DNA of 64,000 bases from an uncultured Bacteriovoracaceae bacterium (GTDB lineage Bacteria > Bdellovibrionota > Bacteriovoracia > Bacteriovoracales > Bacteriovoracaceae), in NCBI GenBank assembly GCA_964012805.1, contig CAXGUD010000021.1:11572-75571 (forward strand). The letters are read 5' to 3'. The notes under the pieces were generated by a model. The model saw only the letters and a program-made list of their open reading frames with translations. It had not been told where the DNA came from and searched no databases. Numbering within the stretch: the stretch's first letter is position 1; the number at the start of each line of letters is the position of its first letter. Positions 1 to 9,782 of the stretch are shown piece after piece. The translations under genes were made by a program, and so were the position numbers.

Positions 1-661
1 TGAAGTCTTTACTGCTGCCAAAAGTATCATAACAGGTATACGCCGCTCCATTGACTTTGCGGAAAACAGACCTGAAATCGATGCTACAAAAATTGGAACT
101 TGGGGGAATAGTTTTGGAGGAATCCTTAACTCTCTCGTCGGCGGTATCGACCTCCGTGTAAAGGCCCTCTATATTTCTGTAGCCGGCGGAAGGTTTGTTG
201 ATACTTTAACCAGAAGTAGATCTGAACTTGCAGCTCCTTACAGAGAATTTAGAATGAAAGAAGAAGGCCTCGATATAAAAGGCTTTAGAGAAAGGTTGAT
301 GAGCGTCGTTAAAGTTGACCCTTTAGACCTAACCCATAGAAGGTCCAGAGAGGACATTTTTATGAACCTTGATGTGAAAGACGATATCGTAGCGACGGAC
401 AATCAGCTTGAGCTATGGGAAGCCTACGGTAAGCCAAACTGTCGTATTTTTACTGATGAACACTTCTATGCTGTCATTAGAGCAAACGCTTTTCACTTCC
501 AAGATTACTTCCGTTTCTTTGAAGAAAAACTTCTTAACCGTGGAAAGCAAAAGAAGGCCCCTAAAGGAAAGTGTTTCTTCTCTAAAGGAAAAAAGAAATT
601 TAGAAACCCTTTCTCATTTTTAGAAAAAGTCGGAAATTTTATAAGAGGTGAGGCCTCCTAA
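1..661 (+). CDS. Alpha/beta hydrolase, 5'-truncated by the window edge
   Basis: Frame is open from nt 2 (EVFTAAKSIITGIRRSIDFAENRPEIDATKIGTWGNSFGG...) into the 254..661 ORF; G-x-S-x-G nucleophile motif (GNSFG), candidate Asp (KDDIV) and His (DEHF); paralogous to 62213..63352. Confidence 0.8.
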   Translation, partial: EVFTAAKSIITGIRRSIDFAENRPEIDATKIGTWGNSFGGILNSLVGGIDLRVKALYISVAGGRFVDTLTRSRSELAAPYREFRMKEEGLDIKGFRERLMSVVKVDPLDLTHRRSREDIFMNLDVKDDIVATDNQLELWEAYGKPNCRIFTDEHFYAVIRANAFHFQDYFRFFEEKLLNRGKQKKAPKGKCFFSKGKKKFRNPFSFLEKVGNFIRGEAS

Positions 662-1479
662 TCTTTAAACTCGGGCATCCTCTTTTCCATATAAGCACTG
701 AAGGCCTCTTTTAGATCATCTGAAAAAAGAGAGGCCGCATTCCAATTGGCCACATAATCAAGGCCATCCTTAAGATTTCGGTCCTCATTATAATTTAAAA
801 CCTTTTTTATGCCTCTAATCGTTAAAGGTGACTTGCTTGCAATCTGTTGGGCCATTTTTTTACAAGCCTCACTCATTTCTTCCGGGGTTTCAAAACAGTC
901 ATTTAAAAGGCCTAGCCTATGGGCCTCGGCCCCATCAAAGTTTCTTGCCGTAAAAGCAAGCTCCCTTGTTTTTGCCTCTCCAATAAAAAGAGGAAGTCTT
1001 TGAAGAGTTCCTATATCAGCGACAATCCCAAGGTCCACTTCTTTCACGGAAAAAGTAGATCCTTTGGTCCCATACCTTAAATCAAAGGCCGTAATTAAAT
1101 CGACTCCCCCACCAATACAATGACCGTGAATGGCCGCGATGGTGGGCTTTTCGCAATTTCTTAGGGCATTAAAAGAGGCTTGTAACTTTCCTATATAAGT
1201 TCTTAGGTGCTCCTGTCTCACCCCTTCAGGGTCAGTAAAATACCGCTTTTGCATTTCCATCACAAATTTGAGGTCGATTCCCGCCGTAAAGTTTCCACCA
1301 TGGCCTGAAAGAATAAGGGCCCTGACTTCTTTACTTTCACTCGCCCAATCGGCCAACTCTCCAATTTCAAACCATAGTTTCTCATTCAAAGCATTGAGTT
1401 TCTCAGGTCTATTAAGGAAGGCAAAGGCCACCCTGTCTTCAATGCGTAAATCAATAAACTCTAAAGAAGGCCTCTCCAT
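658..1479 (-). CDS. Crotonase/enoyl-CoA hydratase family (dienoyl-CoA isomerase-like)
   Basis: LNRPEKLNA, FTAGIDL, AIHGHCIGGG, EVDLGIVADIGTLQRL motifs; likely start MERPS at 1479 behind an AGGAG-type RBS (ORF track starts at 1527). Confidence 0.9.
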   Translation of the reverse strand: MERPSLEFIDLRIEDRVAFAFLNRPEKLNALNEKLWFEIGELADWASESKEVRALILSGHGGNFTAGIDLKFVMEMQKRYFTDPEGVRQEHLRTYIGKLQASFNALRNCEKPTIAAIHGHCIGGGVDLITAFDLRYGTKGSTFSVKEVDLGIVADIGTLQRLPLFIGEAKTRELAFTARNFDGAEAHRLGLLNDCFETPEEMSEACKKMAQQIASKSPLTIRGIKKVLNYNEDRNLKDGLDYVANWNAASLFSDDLKEAFSAYMEKRMPEFKD

Positions 1480-1625
1480 CTCTCTCTCCTCTTTTTTGTC
1501 ATAGTTATCTAGTTCTATTCTAGTCAATTAATTAACCCTTGAACACTAACAACTTTACAATGGCCCTTAACTTTAATGATTATTTCAGCTATAAGAAAGG
1601 ACTGTTCAATTCCAAAAGGTCGTTC

Positions 1626-2684
1626 ATGAGTTCCTATGTTTGGGGTGATAATATTACCCAATTTTTTTATGAGTTAGGTCCCGAAACCGTTTTAAGCGCT
1701 GTTGAATCGCTGGGTTTTAAAACCACGGGTCGCTGCCTTCCTCTTAACAGTATGGAAAACAGAGTCTATGAAATAGAAATCGACCTTCCCGCTGAAAAAA
1801 TTAAAAATGAAAGTGAGCGGTTTTTAATAGCCAAGTTTTATAGACCTGGTCGTTGGACTAAAGAACAGATCCAAGAAGAGCATCAGTTTTTAATGGACCT
1901 TGATAAGGCCGAAATACCAGCAATTGCTCCTTTAATTTTTCAAGAAAAAACTCTTTTTAAAGTTCCAGAACAAGAGATCTTTTTTACTCTTTTTCCTAAA
2001 AAAGGGGGTAGGGCCCCTCAGGATATGTCTAAAGAACAGCTCCAAATTTTAGGACGCCTCCTCGCCAGAGTCCATACGATTGGTGAGCAAAGGGCCTCTC
2101 ACCACCGCCTTAAAATAAACACGCTGACTTTTGGTAGGCAAAACCTAGATTACCTCCTTAAGGAAAACTTTATTCCAGAGCATTTAAAAGAAAGTTTTAA
2201 TGCCATCTTTGAAAGAATTGATGAGCTCGTGGCCCCTGCTTTTGAAAAAGAGACCTATCATAGGATTCACGGGGACTGTCACTGGGGTAATATTATTTGG
2301 CGGGACCAAGAAGGCCCTTTCTTTATTGATTTTGATGACATGCTATGTGGTCCGGCCATTCAAGATATCTGGTTAATTGTTCCGGGAGAAGATAAGTATG
2401 CTTTAGAAGACAGGGAAATATTTTTGGAAGCTTACCAATCCATGAGGCCACTCTCCCGTCAATCTTTAAAGCTGATTGAGCCCTTGAGAACTCTCCGTTA
2501 CATCCACTTTGCGGCTTGGATTGCTAAGAGGTCAAAAGACCCAGCCTTTATTAACGCCTTTCCTCACTTCTATGAAGCGAATTATTGGGAAGAGCTTCTT
2601 CAGGACCTTAGGCTTCAGTACGTAAAGATTCAGGAAACTTTTCAAAGCTCCTTTGAGAATTCCTTTAACTCATACCTCCACTAG
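1626..2684 (+). CDS. srkA: Stress-response Ser/Thr kinase SrkA/RdoA family
   Basis: LNSMENRVY, AKFYRPGRW, IQEEHQF, RIHGDCHWGN, IDFDD, GPAIQDIW, LIEPLRTLR; likely start ATG 1626. Confidence 0.9.
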   Translation: MSSYVWGDNITQFFYELGPETVLSAVESLGFKTTGRCLPLNSMENRVYEIEIDLPAEKIKNESERFLIAKFYRPGRWTKEQIQEEHQFLMDLDKAEIPAIAPLIFQEKTLFKVPEQEIFFTLFPKKGGRAPQDMSKEQLQILGRLLARVHTIGEQRASHHRLKINTLTFGRQNLDYLLKENFIPEHLKESFNAIFERIDELVAPAFEKETYHRIHGDCHWGNIIWRDQEGPFFIDFDDMLCGPAIQDIWLIVPGEDKYALEDREIFLEAYQSMRPLSRQSLKLIEPLRTLRYIHFAAWIAKRSKDPAFINAFPHFYEANYWEELLQDLRLQYVKIQETFQSSFENSFNSYLH

Positions 2685-2698
2685 GCCATTGGCCCTTC

Positions 2699-3334
2699 TC
2701 AATTCCAGTGGCAAAACTGGCCATGGTAAACCGAATCGAGGCGGGAGATTTCCCTCTTTTTGTTTTGTCCTGTAAAAAAGATCTTTATGCTTTCATGACT
2801 TTTTTTAAACTGGCCGTCCTCAGAACGAAACATAACAAAAGTCTCAACTTGCCTCCTCATATGGAACTGCCCCCAAGATAAGACACCTTCCGCAGTTTTA
2901 TTCGTTAAAGTATCTCTGACCTTAAACCTCGTCCCCTTTCCAAGGAAACAATCAACTAAAGGTGCTTCACTTTCCTTTAGAACTCGACATTGACTGGCCT
3001 TTAAACTCAATTCAAAGATAGGTCTCTGAAACCCATTCGTAGAAATTCCCCAACCTTTTAAAAATGAGGAAACATTTTCATTGGCCTTGCCATTTCTCAT
3101 GAAAGGCAAAATTCTAAACCTAAAAAGAACTTCCTCATCATCAATTTGCGTAAAGTTAAGACTCAAGAAAGAACGGTTTGCGGGTGACCCGTCCGTGCAC
3201 TCAAAACTTCCAGTGCTTCCAAAAGCCGCTTTCGTAATGAGGAAAAGGGCCATTAAACAGAGAAAAGTCTTATAAATCCTGATTCCATTTTTTTTATAAT
3301 TCATTGTGCCTTGCCTAAGAATAAGATCAATCAT
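2699..3334 (-). CDS. Hypothetical exported protein
   Basis: 211-aa ORF with signal-peptide-like segment (FLCLMALFLITKAAFG) and several Cys; no recognised domain. Confidence 0.55.
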   Translation of the reverse strand: MIDLILRQGTMNYKKNGIRIYKTFLCLMALFLITKAAFGSTGSFECTDGSPANRSFLSLNFTQIDDEEVLFRFRILPFMRNGKANENVSSFLKGWGISTNGFQRPIFELSLKASQCRVLKESEAPLVDCFLGKGTRFKVRDTLTNKTAEGVLSWGQFHMRRQVETFVMFRSEDGQFKKSHESIKIFFTGQNKKREISRLDSVYHGQFCHWN

Positions 3335-3413
3335 TTAATTTTTGTAGATCACTTTGGTAAACTTTTTTTCAAAATGCAATACTTGGTCAGTCAATCGCCT
3401 TCTGGGGGAAAGA

Positions 3414-4319
3414 ATGCATCATTTGGTCCCTTTTTTGAGTTTTCTAACACTCTTTCTAGGCTGTGATCATTCTAGACCAGTTGTAAACGACCCTATGTTT
3501 ATAATCAAGCCATCCCCTATCATCTACGGGGAAAACGATATCCTAGACTATCACCAAGTGAGAGGCAAAAAAGTCAGAAAACTAGGAAGGTCAGTCGCCA
3601 TCCAAGTTCCAAGATACAAACTAGAATACGTTGATGAGCAATATCTTATTAACCAAGACCTCTTAGAGGACCTGAATATCTGTCCAAACCATGATGCCTT
3701 TCACGAGAAGATTTCATCTCAACCCTCACTTGGGACATGCAGTGGCTTTCTCATCGAAAAAGATGTTCTTTTAACCGCATCTCACTGCGTTGAAAATCGA
3801 AATGATTGTGAAGAAAGTTTTTGGGTCTTTGGTTTTAAAAGTAACCCTCTAAATATTACACCGTCAAACTTTGAGGCCCAAAATGTTTATAGGTGTAAAG
3901 AGGTCCTAAAGCAAAATGAATCTTTGGACTACGCCATTTTGAAACTCGATCGTTCTGTCATTGGCAGAAAACCACTTAAAATGAGGCAGAGAGGTAGTGT
4001 TTTGAAAGAGTCTAAACTCGCTGTTATTGGCTACCCTCAAGGTCTTCCCCTCAAGTTTTCAATGAACGCCAAAATTAGAGATAATGAGGATGACGATCAA
4101 TTTATTATTAATTCAGATACTTTTGAAGGAAACTCAGGTTCTCCTGTCATTAATACAAAAAATTACCTTGTGGAAGGGGTTCTCGTGAGAGGGGGAAGTG
4201 ACTTCGACCTTAGCGAAGAATCGAATAACGAATGTTATACCATAAAGAGGTGCCCGGAAAGCCAATGCTCTGGAGAAGAAGTTTTAAGAATCAAATCCAT
4301 ATTTGAAAAAGACTTATAA
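3414..4319 (+). CDS. Trypsin-like serine protease, probable lipoprotein
   Basis: IIYG-like mature N-terminus, CSGFLI, LTASHC (His), LDYAIL (Asp), DTFEGNSGSP (Ser); LFLGC lipobox-like; likely start 3414. Confidence 0.9.
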   Translation: MHHLVPFLSFLTLFLGCDHSRPVVNDPMFIIKPSPIIYGENDILDYHQVRGKKVRKLGRSVAIQVPRYKLEYVDEQYLINQDLLEDLNICPNHDAFHEKISSQPSLGTCSGFLIEKDVLLTASHCVENRNDCEESFWVFGFKSNPLNITPSNFEAQNVYRCKEVLKQNESLDYAILKLDRSVIGRKPLKMRQRGSVLKESKLAVIGYPQGLPLKFSMNAKIRDNEDDDQFIINSDTFEGNSGSPVINTKNYLVEGVLVRGGSDFDLSEESNNECYTIKRCPESQCSGEEVLRIKSIFEKDL

Positions 4320-4412
4320 AAAAGGCTCCTTTTTTTTATAAAAACCGATACAATAATTCCAAGCATAAAATTAAATTTTTAATTCACTTAAACCAAACTT
4401 CCGGGAGAACCT

Positions 4413-5252
4413 ATGAACTCAAAAAATATACTTATTGTTCTTTTACTTGCCTTAATTGCTGCTGGAGGGGTTTATCTTGGCCAGAGGAGTTCTTCCGAAA
4501 AAACAGGAGCGGAATCGAAACAAAGCACCCCCTCTAACACAAGCAAAAAAGAAGGCCCACAGTTAAAGGCTGCTTCTGGTAATGATCCATCAAATAAGTC
4601 TCCAGAAGGCAAAACGAGTTCCTCCCAAGGCCCAGTTCCGACAGGTAGCGACGAAAATGCCGGCCCAACGAAGAAAAGGATTTACAATGAAGACCCTTAT
4701 TGGAACAAAATAAAAAGTGACCCTCAAGTCGCGCGTCTGTTTAAAAAAACGCAAAGATTTTTTAAAAATAGCCCAGAAGCCGAGGACTTTGCCGTTTGGA
4801 TATCTGCTGGCTTTGTCATGGATGAAAATCCAGATTATGGCGCCCTCATAGGAAAAGCACTTAAAGAAATTGACAAAAACAAAGAGGAGAACTTTAACCA
4901 CCTTAAAGAAACTCTAAAAGGTTTTACCCCAGAAGAAAGCTTCATTAGGGGTATGGCAATTAATTTAGTTAACCAAATGAGCTTATCCGGAGAAGATAAA
5001 GTTTCTTTCTTTGGAGCCGAGTCAGCGAGAAAAGTACTTCTCGATAAACAAGGACGTTTTTCTCCAGACTCACTTAATATTACAACTTCTATGATTTTCA
5101 TGAAGCAAAATATAAAATCAGAAAGTGAAGCCTTAAGCTATGCAACTGAGAGCCTTAAGAAAAACACCGACCCTGCCATTAGGAAAAAACTTATTTCAAG
5201 GTTTGTCACTTATTTTCCAGAAATTGAAAAAGATTTGGAATCTTATAAATAG
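4413..5252 (+). CDS. Hypothetical membrane-anchored protein with low-complexity linker and helical domain
   Basis: GGGAG RBS, N-terminal hydrophobic anchor, Ser/Lys/Pro-rich linker, 279 aa. Confidence 0.7.
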   Translation: MNSKNILIVLLLALIAAGGVYLGQRSSSEKTGAESKQSTPSNTSKKEGPQLKAASGNDPSNKSPEGKTSSSQGPVPTGSDENAGPTKKRIYNEDPYWNKIKSDPQVARLFKKTQRFFKNSPEAEDFAVWISAGFVMDENPDYGALIGKALKEIDKNKEENFNHLKETLKGFTPEESFIRGMAINLVNQMSLSGEDKVSFFGAESARKVLLDKQGRFSPDSLNITTSMIFMKQNIKSESEALSYATESLKKNTDPAIRKKLISRFVTYFPEIEKDLESYK

Positions 5253-5281
5253 GGAGAGGAAGAGGGTGTAATCCGCCTTTC

Positions 5282-6436
5282 TCATTGAATCTCTATTTTT
5301 GTCTCATAAAAATCTTTACTCTCTTCATTTATATAAAATGCCTCTATTCTTTCAGAGGCATTTTTTCTTATGTCTTTGAAAAAAAGCTGAAAATCAAAAA
5401 AGTGTAAATTCCCATCGTAAAGTTCTCTGGTCCAGTTAAGAAAACGCCAGACCTTAAAATCCCACAAATCCAAAGCCTTTACAAAAAGCCTTCCCTTTCG
5501 GCATTGTGCCCATACTTTCTTTTCCTCATAGTCATAATTTTGTTCTGATACAGACTTTAACATCCCCTTATGGTTCCCCCTCCCCATAAGAACTTCATCG
5601 ACTTTCCAACTAAGCGGATTTGTACACAAGACATCCTTCCCTGTGACAGACTCCCACCCGGTTGGGTACCAGTGAATGCCCTTGATTTTCTCCAAAGCAC
5701 TTCCTTCATCAAAGCTGTCCCAATGAATAACACAACCGATATCATCTCTCTTTTGGCAAGGTTTAACTTTTTTATAAACCCTTTTAAAATAGTCCTTTGG
5801 GAATTTGTAACCAAGAACATAAGCGGCCACAAATTTATTTTGAAGCTCCTTCCCGTCAATACGGTCTTTGATTAACCTCATCGCATGCAATGTTCCTTGG
5901 CTATGACCGGCCAAAATAAATGGCCTTCCCTTATTATGTTTTTTAATAAAAACGTCAAAGGCCTTTAAAAGGTCCTTATAGGCAAATTCAAAGGCCTTCA
6001 CTCGGGACACAAAGTTTTCGCTACTCCTTGAAGCTCCAAGACCCGCCTCCCTATAATGGGGTGCATAGATCCGGCAACATTGATTAAAAACTGACGAGTG
6101 CTCAGAAATAGATTTATCTATAATATTCAAAACAAAACTAGGTGACTTTAAATCATAATTCCATGCATTCCCTACCCAAAGAGCGGTTGGGTGGATGTAA
6201 AAAACATCTACTTTTAGCTCTGATTGAACTTTATGCTCATTAAGGGGCCACAAGCTCGGGTTAAAAAAGTCAGGTCTAGATACCCAAGCGTCATTATTTT
6301 GGTAATCAGGCTCCGTTAATGGAGTCAATGGCCTATAAGGTTTTTTTATAGAAATGACCTTTCTCGCTAAAAAACCCGAACCCAACCCCCAAACAAGAAA
6401 AATTAATAAAGGCAGGATTAAAACTCTTTTTTTCAT
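5282..6436 (-). CDS. DUF3089-family alpha/beta hydrolase
   Basis: VDVFYIHPT, IYAPHYRE, GRPFILAGHSQG, LCTNPLSW, LHFFDFQLFF motifs; N-terminal anchor. Confidence 0.85.
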   Translation of the reverse strand: MKKRVLILPLLIFLVWGLGSGFLARKVISIKKPYRPLTPLTEPDYQNNDAWVSRPDFFNPSLWPLNEHKVQSELKVDVFYIHPTALWVGNAWNYDLKSPSFVLNIIDKSISEHSSVFNQCCRIYAPHYREAGLGASRSSENFVSRVKAFEFAYKDLLKAFDVFIKKHNKGRPFILAGHSQGTLHAMRLIKDRIDGKELQNKFVAAYVLGYKFPKDYFKRVYKKVKPCQKRDDIGCVIHWDSFDEGSALEKIKGIHWYPTGWESVTGKDVLCTNPLSWKVDEVLMGRGNHKGMLKSVSEQNYDYEEKKVWAQCRKGRLFVKALDLWDFKVWRFLNWTRELYDGNLHFFDFQLFFKDIRKNASERIEAFYINEESKDFYETKIEIQ

Positions 6437-6647
6437 GATCTCTTTCTCACTTAAGATTTGTTGAAATCATTTATAGGTTACTCGCTTTTACAAGTAATGA
6501 AAAATGGCGCTTTCTCCTAAAAAACCAATTAAAAGGTGGGGAAAAACTGAGCAAATTTTCCAACATTTTTTAAAGTCCCTTGATTTTTCCAAGGTTTACT
6601 GTACAACTCAGAGTGAGTCTTAAACTTCTATAAAAAAAGAAAAACAT

Positions 6648-6839
6648 ATGATGTTTCAAGAGAAATTAGAAAAAATGGCATTTAACTTCTTATTAGAGGA
6701 AGGAAAAGATCCAAACAAACCCCTCAATTCGAAAAAAGCCGAACAGCTTCTTATAAAGGCTTCCGAAGCTGTATTGACTCTTCTTGCAATCAAACCCTTT
6801 GAGCTAAAGGACAACATTAGGACCCGAAACTCGAGATAA
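6648..6839 (+). CDS. Small hypothetical protein
   Basis: 63-aa ORF with ATG start and protein-like composition only. Confidence 0.4.
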   Translation: MMFQEKLEKMAFNFLLEEGKDPNKPLNSKKAEQLLIKASEAVLTLLAIKPFELKDNIRTRNSR

Positions 6840-6874
6840 GTGGGGCGGTCCCTTTATTTTGAAAGCAGCCTTTC

Positions 6875-7102
6875 TCAACTCTGTGCGTTTTGCTTTTCAA
6901 AGTACTTTGTAAGCTCTTTTTTGTGCTCGGCACCTAATGTAAACATACCACTTTGCTTTATGTCGGTTTTGGCCAGCTCTTCGAACACAGAAAGCTCGAC
7001 CATGTTTAAATAACCGTGAACGTTCTCAAAATCTCTTGGGTTCAAGTTAATCATACTTAAAATTTTCTCGGTATCCATCATAAAACACTCCAGATTGATC
7101 AC
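6875..7102 (-). CDS. Small hypothetical protein
   Basis: 75-aa ORF; GGAG precedes the internal MMDTEK start (about 7081). Confidence 0.5.
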   Translation of the reverse strand: MINLECFMMDTEKILSMINLNPRDFENVHGYLNMVELSVFEELAKTDIKQSGMFTLGAEHKKELTKYFEKQNAQS

Positions 7103-7215
7103 TTTATGAGCATGAAATTAAACCTTCCTTTAAACACTTTGACTAGACATTCATCTATAAATTATGTTGCTCTTAGGGCCATAAAGCGAAACCTTAGACC
7201 TCTGGAGCAATATTT

Positions 7216-7455
7216 ATGAGACGCAAAATAGAATCTTATGTAGAGGAGAGGATCAACCCTTTTTTAAAAACTCACCAAGGGCTTCTCGAAGTTGTTGACC
7301 TAGATAATGACATCCTTATTATTAAGCTCATTGTTGAATACGACAGCGAAGGAAAAACCAAGCAAACCCTCCTAAATTCAATCAGGAGCGCCCTTCACGA
7401 AAAGTTCCCTCAAATTAATAAAATAGTGGAGGTCTCTTCCCTAAGCTATTCCTAA
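7216..7455 (+). CDS. NifU C-terminal-like domain protein lacking CxxC
   Basis: ERINPFLKTHQGLLEVV and KQTLLNSIRSALHEKFPQI match the NifU_C pattern; GGAG RBS; no cysteine. Confidence 0.65.
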   Translation: MRRKIESYVEERINPFLKTHQGLLEVVDLDNDILIIKLIVEYDSEGKTKQTLLNSIRSALHEKFPQINKIVEVSSLSYS

Positions 7456-7608
7456 GCATCTGATATTACTTTGGCCCTTTTTCTTTAACGCAACACTTAG
7501 CCTAAAATTTTTACGCATGGCAACCTATTTTCTTGAGACAAGTCCCAAGAACTGATAGGAAAGATCATCTTTTTGAGAGTGAAACGAATCTTTTCCTAGT
7601 GAGGTACC

Positions 7609-8511
7609 ATGATGAAATTATTGACCCTACCAACACTTCTTTTGGCCCTAATTCTAACTGCTTTTGGCCCATCTGAAGCACAAGCGCAAAGTGAAACAAG
7701 TTATAACGAATACCGTAACTTATTTGAAAGCTACAAAAGTGAAGATTTTAAAGACGAAGAATTAAAGTCCCTTTTCGACAAACTTGTAAGGTTACCAAAT
7801 AACCGTCCTTTCATTCGTTCTTATATTAGAGCAGTTCAAACACCTTATGCACCAGTAGGATCTCACGCAGGCGAAAAGTTTTTTAAATCCCTTTCATGGT
7901 ATAACGACACAACAAAAGGTAACAAAGACGGAATTTTTACACTCCAAGAGCTTGATAATGTTTTTAACAACGAAGTTAGAACTTACCTAAATCACCTACA
8001 AAGAGGAAGCGCAGATGAGGCGAGAATCGCATCTTGGAAAATGCTTCAAAAATTAAGACTTCTTCAAAAAGAAATCACTAGACTAGGACAACCTGGTTAC
8101 TACTACACACCAAGGGCAATGTTCGAAATAGACCACAATAGCCCATGGAATAGACACCACACAATTCATGGTCAAAGAGACTTCGAAGAAAGAGTTATCA
8201 AGGCCTCTTTTCACAAGCCAGTACTAGTTAAATATGGACTTACATATTGCGTGCACTGCCTACTTCTTGAAAACCTTGGATCGGTTCCAGCTGTTCACGA
8301 GAGGTATGGTCACCTAACTGATGTTTATAAAGTTTGGTGGAACCCTAAAAATGAAGCCTTTGCAGAATTAAACCAAATTGCAAATGAAGAAGGTGTTACT
8401 AGCAGTCCAGTTTTCATCCTCTACAAAGATGGAAAACAAATTAAGAAAGGTTACGCATTTCCAGATGAGCGTGGTGAAGGTATCGAAGACTTCATAGCTC
8501 CAATCCTTTAA
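7609..8511 (+). CDS. Exported protein with C-terminal thioredoxin domain (CVHC)
   Basis: Signal peptide (AQA-Q), GAGG RBS, FEERVIKASFHKPVLVKY..YCVHC, GVTSSPVFILYKDG. Confidence 0.8.
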   Translation: MMKLLTLPTLLLALILTAFGPSEAQAQSETSYNEYRNLFESYKSEDFKDEELKSLFDKLVRLPNNRPFIRSYIRAVQTPYAPVGSHAGEKFFKSLSWYNDTTKGNKDGIFTLQELDNVFNNEVRTYLNHLQRGSADEARIASWKMLQKLRLLQKEITRLGQPGYYYTPRAMFEIDHNSPWNRHHTIHGQRDFEERVIKASFHKPVLVKYGLTYCVHCLLLENLGSVPAVHERYGHLTDVYKVWWNPKNEAFAELNQIANEEGVTSSPVFILYKDGKQIKKGYAFPDERGEGIEDFIAPIL

Positions 8512-8531
8512 AATAAAGCAAAGTTAATAAG

Positions 8532-8572
8532 AAATAAAAAATCCTCCACTTAGCTGGAGGATTTTTTATTTC
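8532..8572 (+). terminator. Intrinsic terminator (A/T tracts on both sides)
   Basis: aaataaaaaatcctcca-cttagc-tggaggattttttattt inverted repeat just after the 8511 stop. Confidence 0.85.
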
Positions 8573-8777
8573 TGGTCTCCTAAACCACAACAAGTACTTT
8601 TATTGATGACCTTTTTAAAGCCATTAAGCCATTGTTTTTATTGAGAATTATTAGAGGACTGATTAGAGAAGTAAGGAACCGAGAACTTTTTACACATTGA
8701 GTCATTTCACCACCTACTCGCCGGAAAAAGTGCTATAAAGAAGCAACTTTTTATTTACCAACTTCTTTTCCTAGTAG

Positions 8778-9383
8778 GTGTCACTTATGAAAAAAGCAAT
8801 CCTAATCATACTGTCTTTTATTACAGCAATCGTTTTCCAAACACCCGCTTTCCCTGCCGTTGAAACAGGACTAGACCTCAACAAAGATATGATGGGTCTT
8901 AGAATTAAAAAAAATAGCGATAACCCGGTTAAAAGTGGGCTCATGAACCTTCAAGTTATTAAAAAAGGAAATAATTATTATTTAGGTGGCAGTTACGATG
9001 TTGATAAGAAGTGGTGGCTTCCCATTAAAAAAAGAGACTCTCTAGATGATAGGGCAATACCAGCGGTCATAGGAAATTACGATAAGCTTATGAAGGTACT
9101 AGAGGATATGAAAACAGAACAGGTTCAAACCAAAAGGTACGGGTTTGGATCTATAACATTCATAGGTGAAGAAACAGTTAATGGCGTTAGCAACTGCTTG
9201 AGGTTAAAAGTTAAAAGTGGGATTGGTGAGATTGAGCTTTGGGTTCACCCAACACAAGAACTAGATTATAGTGACTTTAGGGCACCAATTTTTGTCAAAG
9301 TTATAGCCAATGCAAAACTACCTGTCGTTGGAAAGTATATGTTCGAATTAGATCTTGAAAGGCTTAATCACGAACTTCTCTAA
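8778..9383 (+). CDS. Hypothetical exported protein
   Basis: MKKAILIILSFITAIVFQTPAFP signal-like N-terminus, 201 aa. Confidence 0.7.
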   Translation: MSLMKKAILIILSFITAIVFQTPAFPAVETGLDLNKDMMGLRIKKNSDNPVKSGLMNLQVIKKGNNYYLGGSYDVDKKWWLPIKKRDSLDDRAIPAVIGNYDKLMKVLEDMKTEQVQTKRYGFGSITFIGEETVNGVSNCLRLKVKSGIGEIELWVHPTQELDYSDFRAPIFVKVIANAKLPVVGKYMFELDLERLNHELL

Positions 9384-9414
9384 AACTCCTATTAAAAAAA
9401 TCAATTAAATATTT

Positions 9415-9445
9415 CTTAAGTAGGCCTACCGTTGGTCTACTTAAG
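9415..9445 (+). terminator. Stem-loop downstream of 8778..9383
   Basis: cttaagtaggcc / ggtctacttaag (one G-U pair), followed by a second small hairpin agtcg/cgact. Confidence 0.5.
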
Positions 9446-9782
9446 TCGTTTAATCGACTAAATATTTTCCCCTCAAAAATCAAAATAAAATTGGTATTCA
9501 TAGTACTCATGAAGAGTTCATGGGAACGCAATACATCGACCTTTCTAAAAGTGAAGACTACCGTGGGTAGACTGTGAGCTTTACTTTTGGCATCCTTTAC
9601 AAAAACTTAAAATGCGGAGCATTACTGGGCCTGAGCAAGGGCTTTTAGAACCTTGATGGAGTTTAAAGCCCTTTTTATTTCAATCCTAGAACAAATCTCC
9701 TCTCATGACCTCCAGTTTAAAATGGATAAATGACGTCAAATTGGCTAGTATGTCGTTTTTAAAACTAGTCAGGAACAAAGCG

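Noticed and set aside
9490..9782. SAM-I riboswitch or T-box upstream of metG
   Set aside because: ctcatgaagag resembles the SAM-I start, but the GAGGGA/GCCC/GCAACC core is missing and there is no GGTGGTACC-type T-box; kept only as an unknown structured element.
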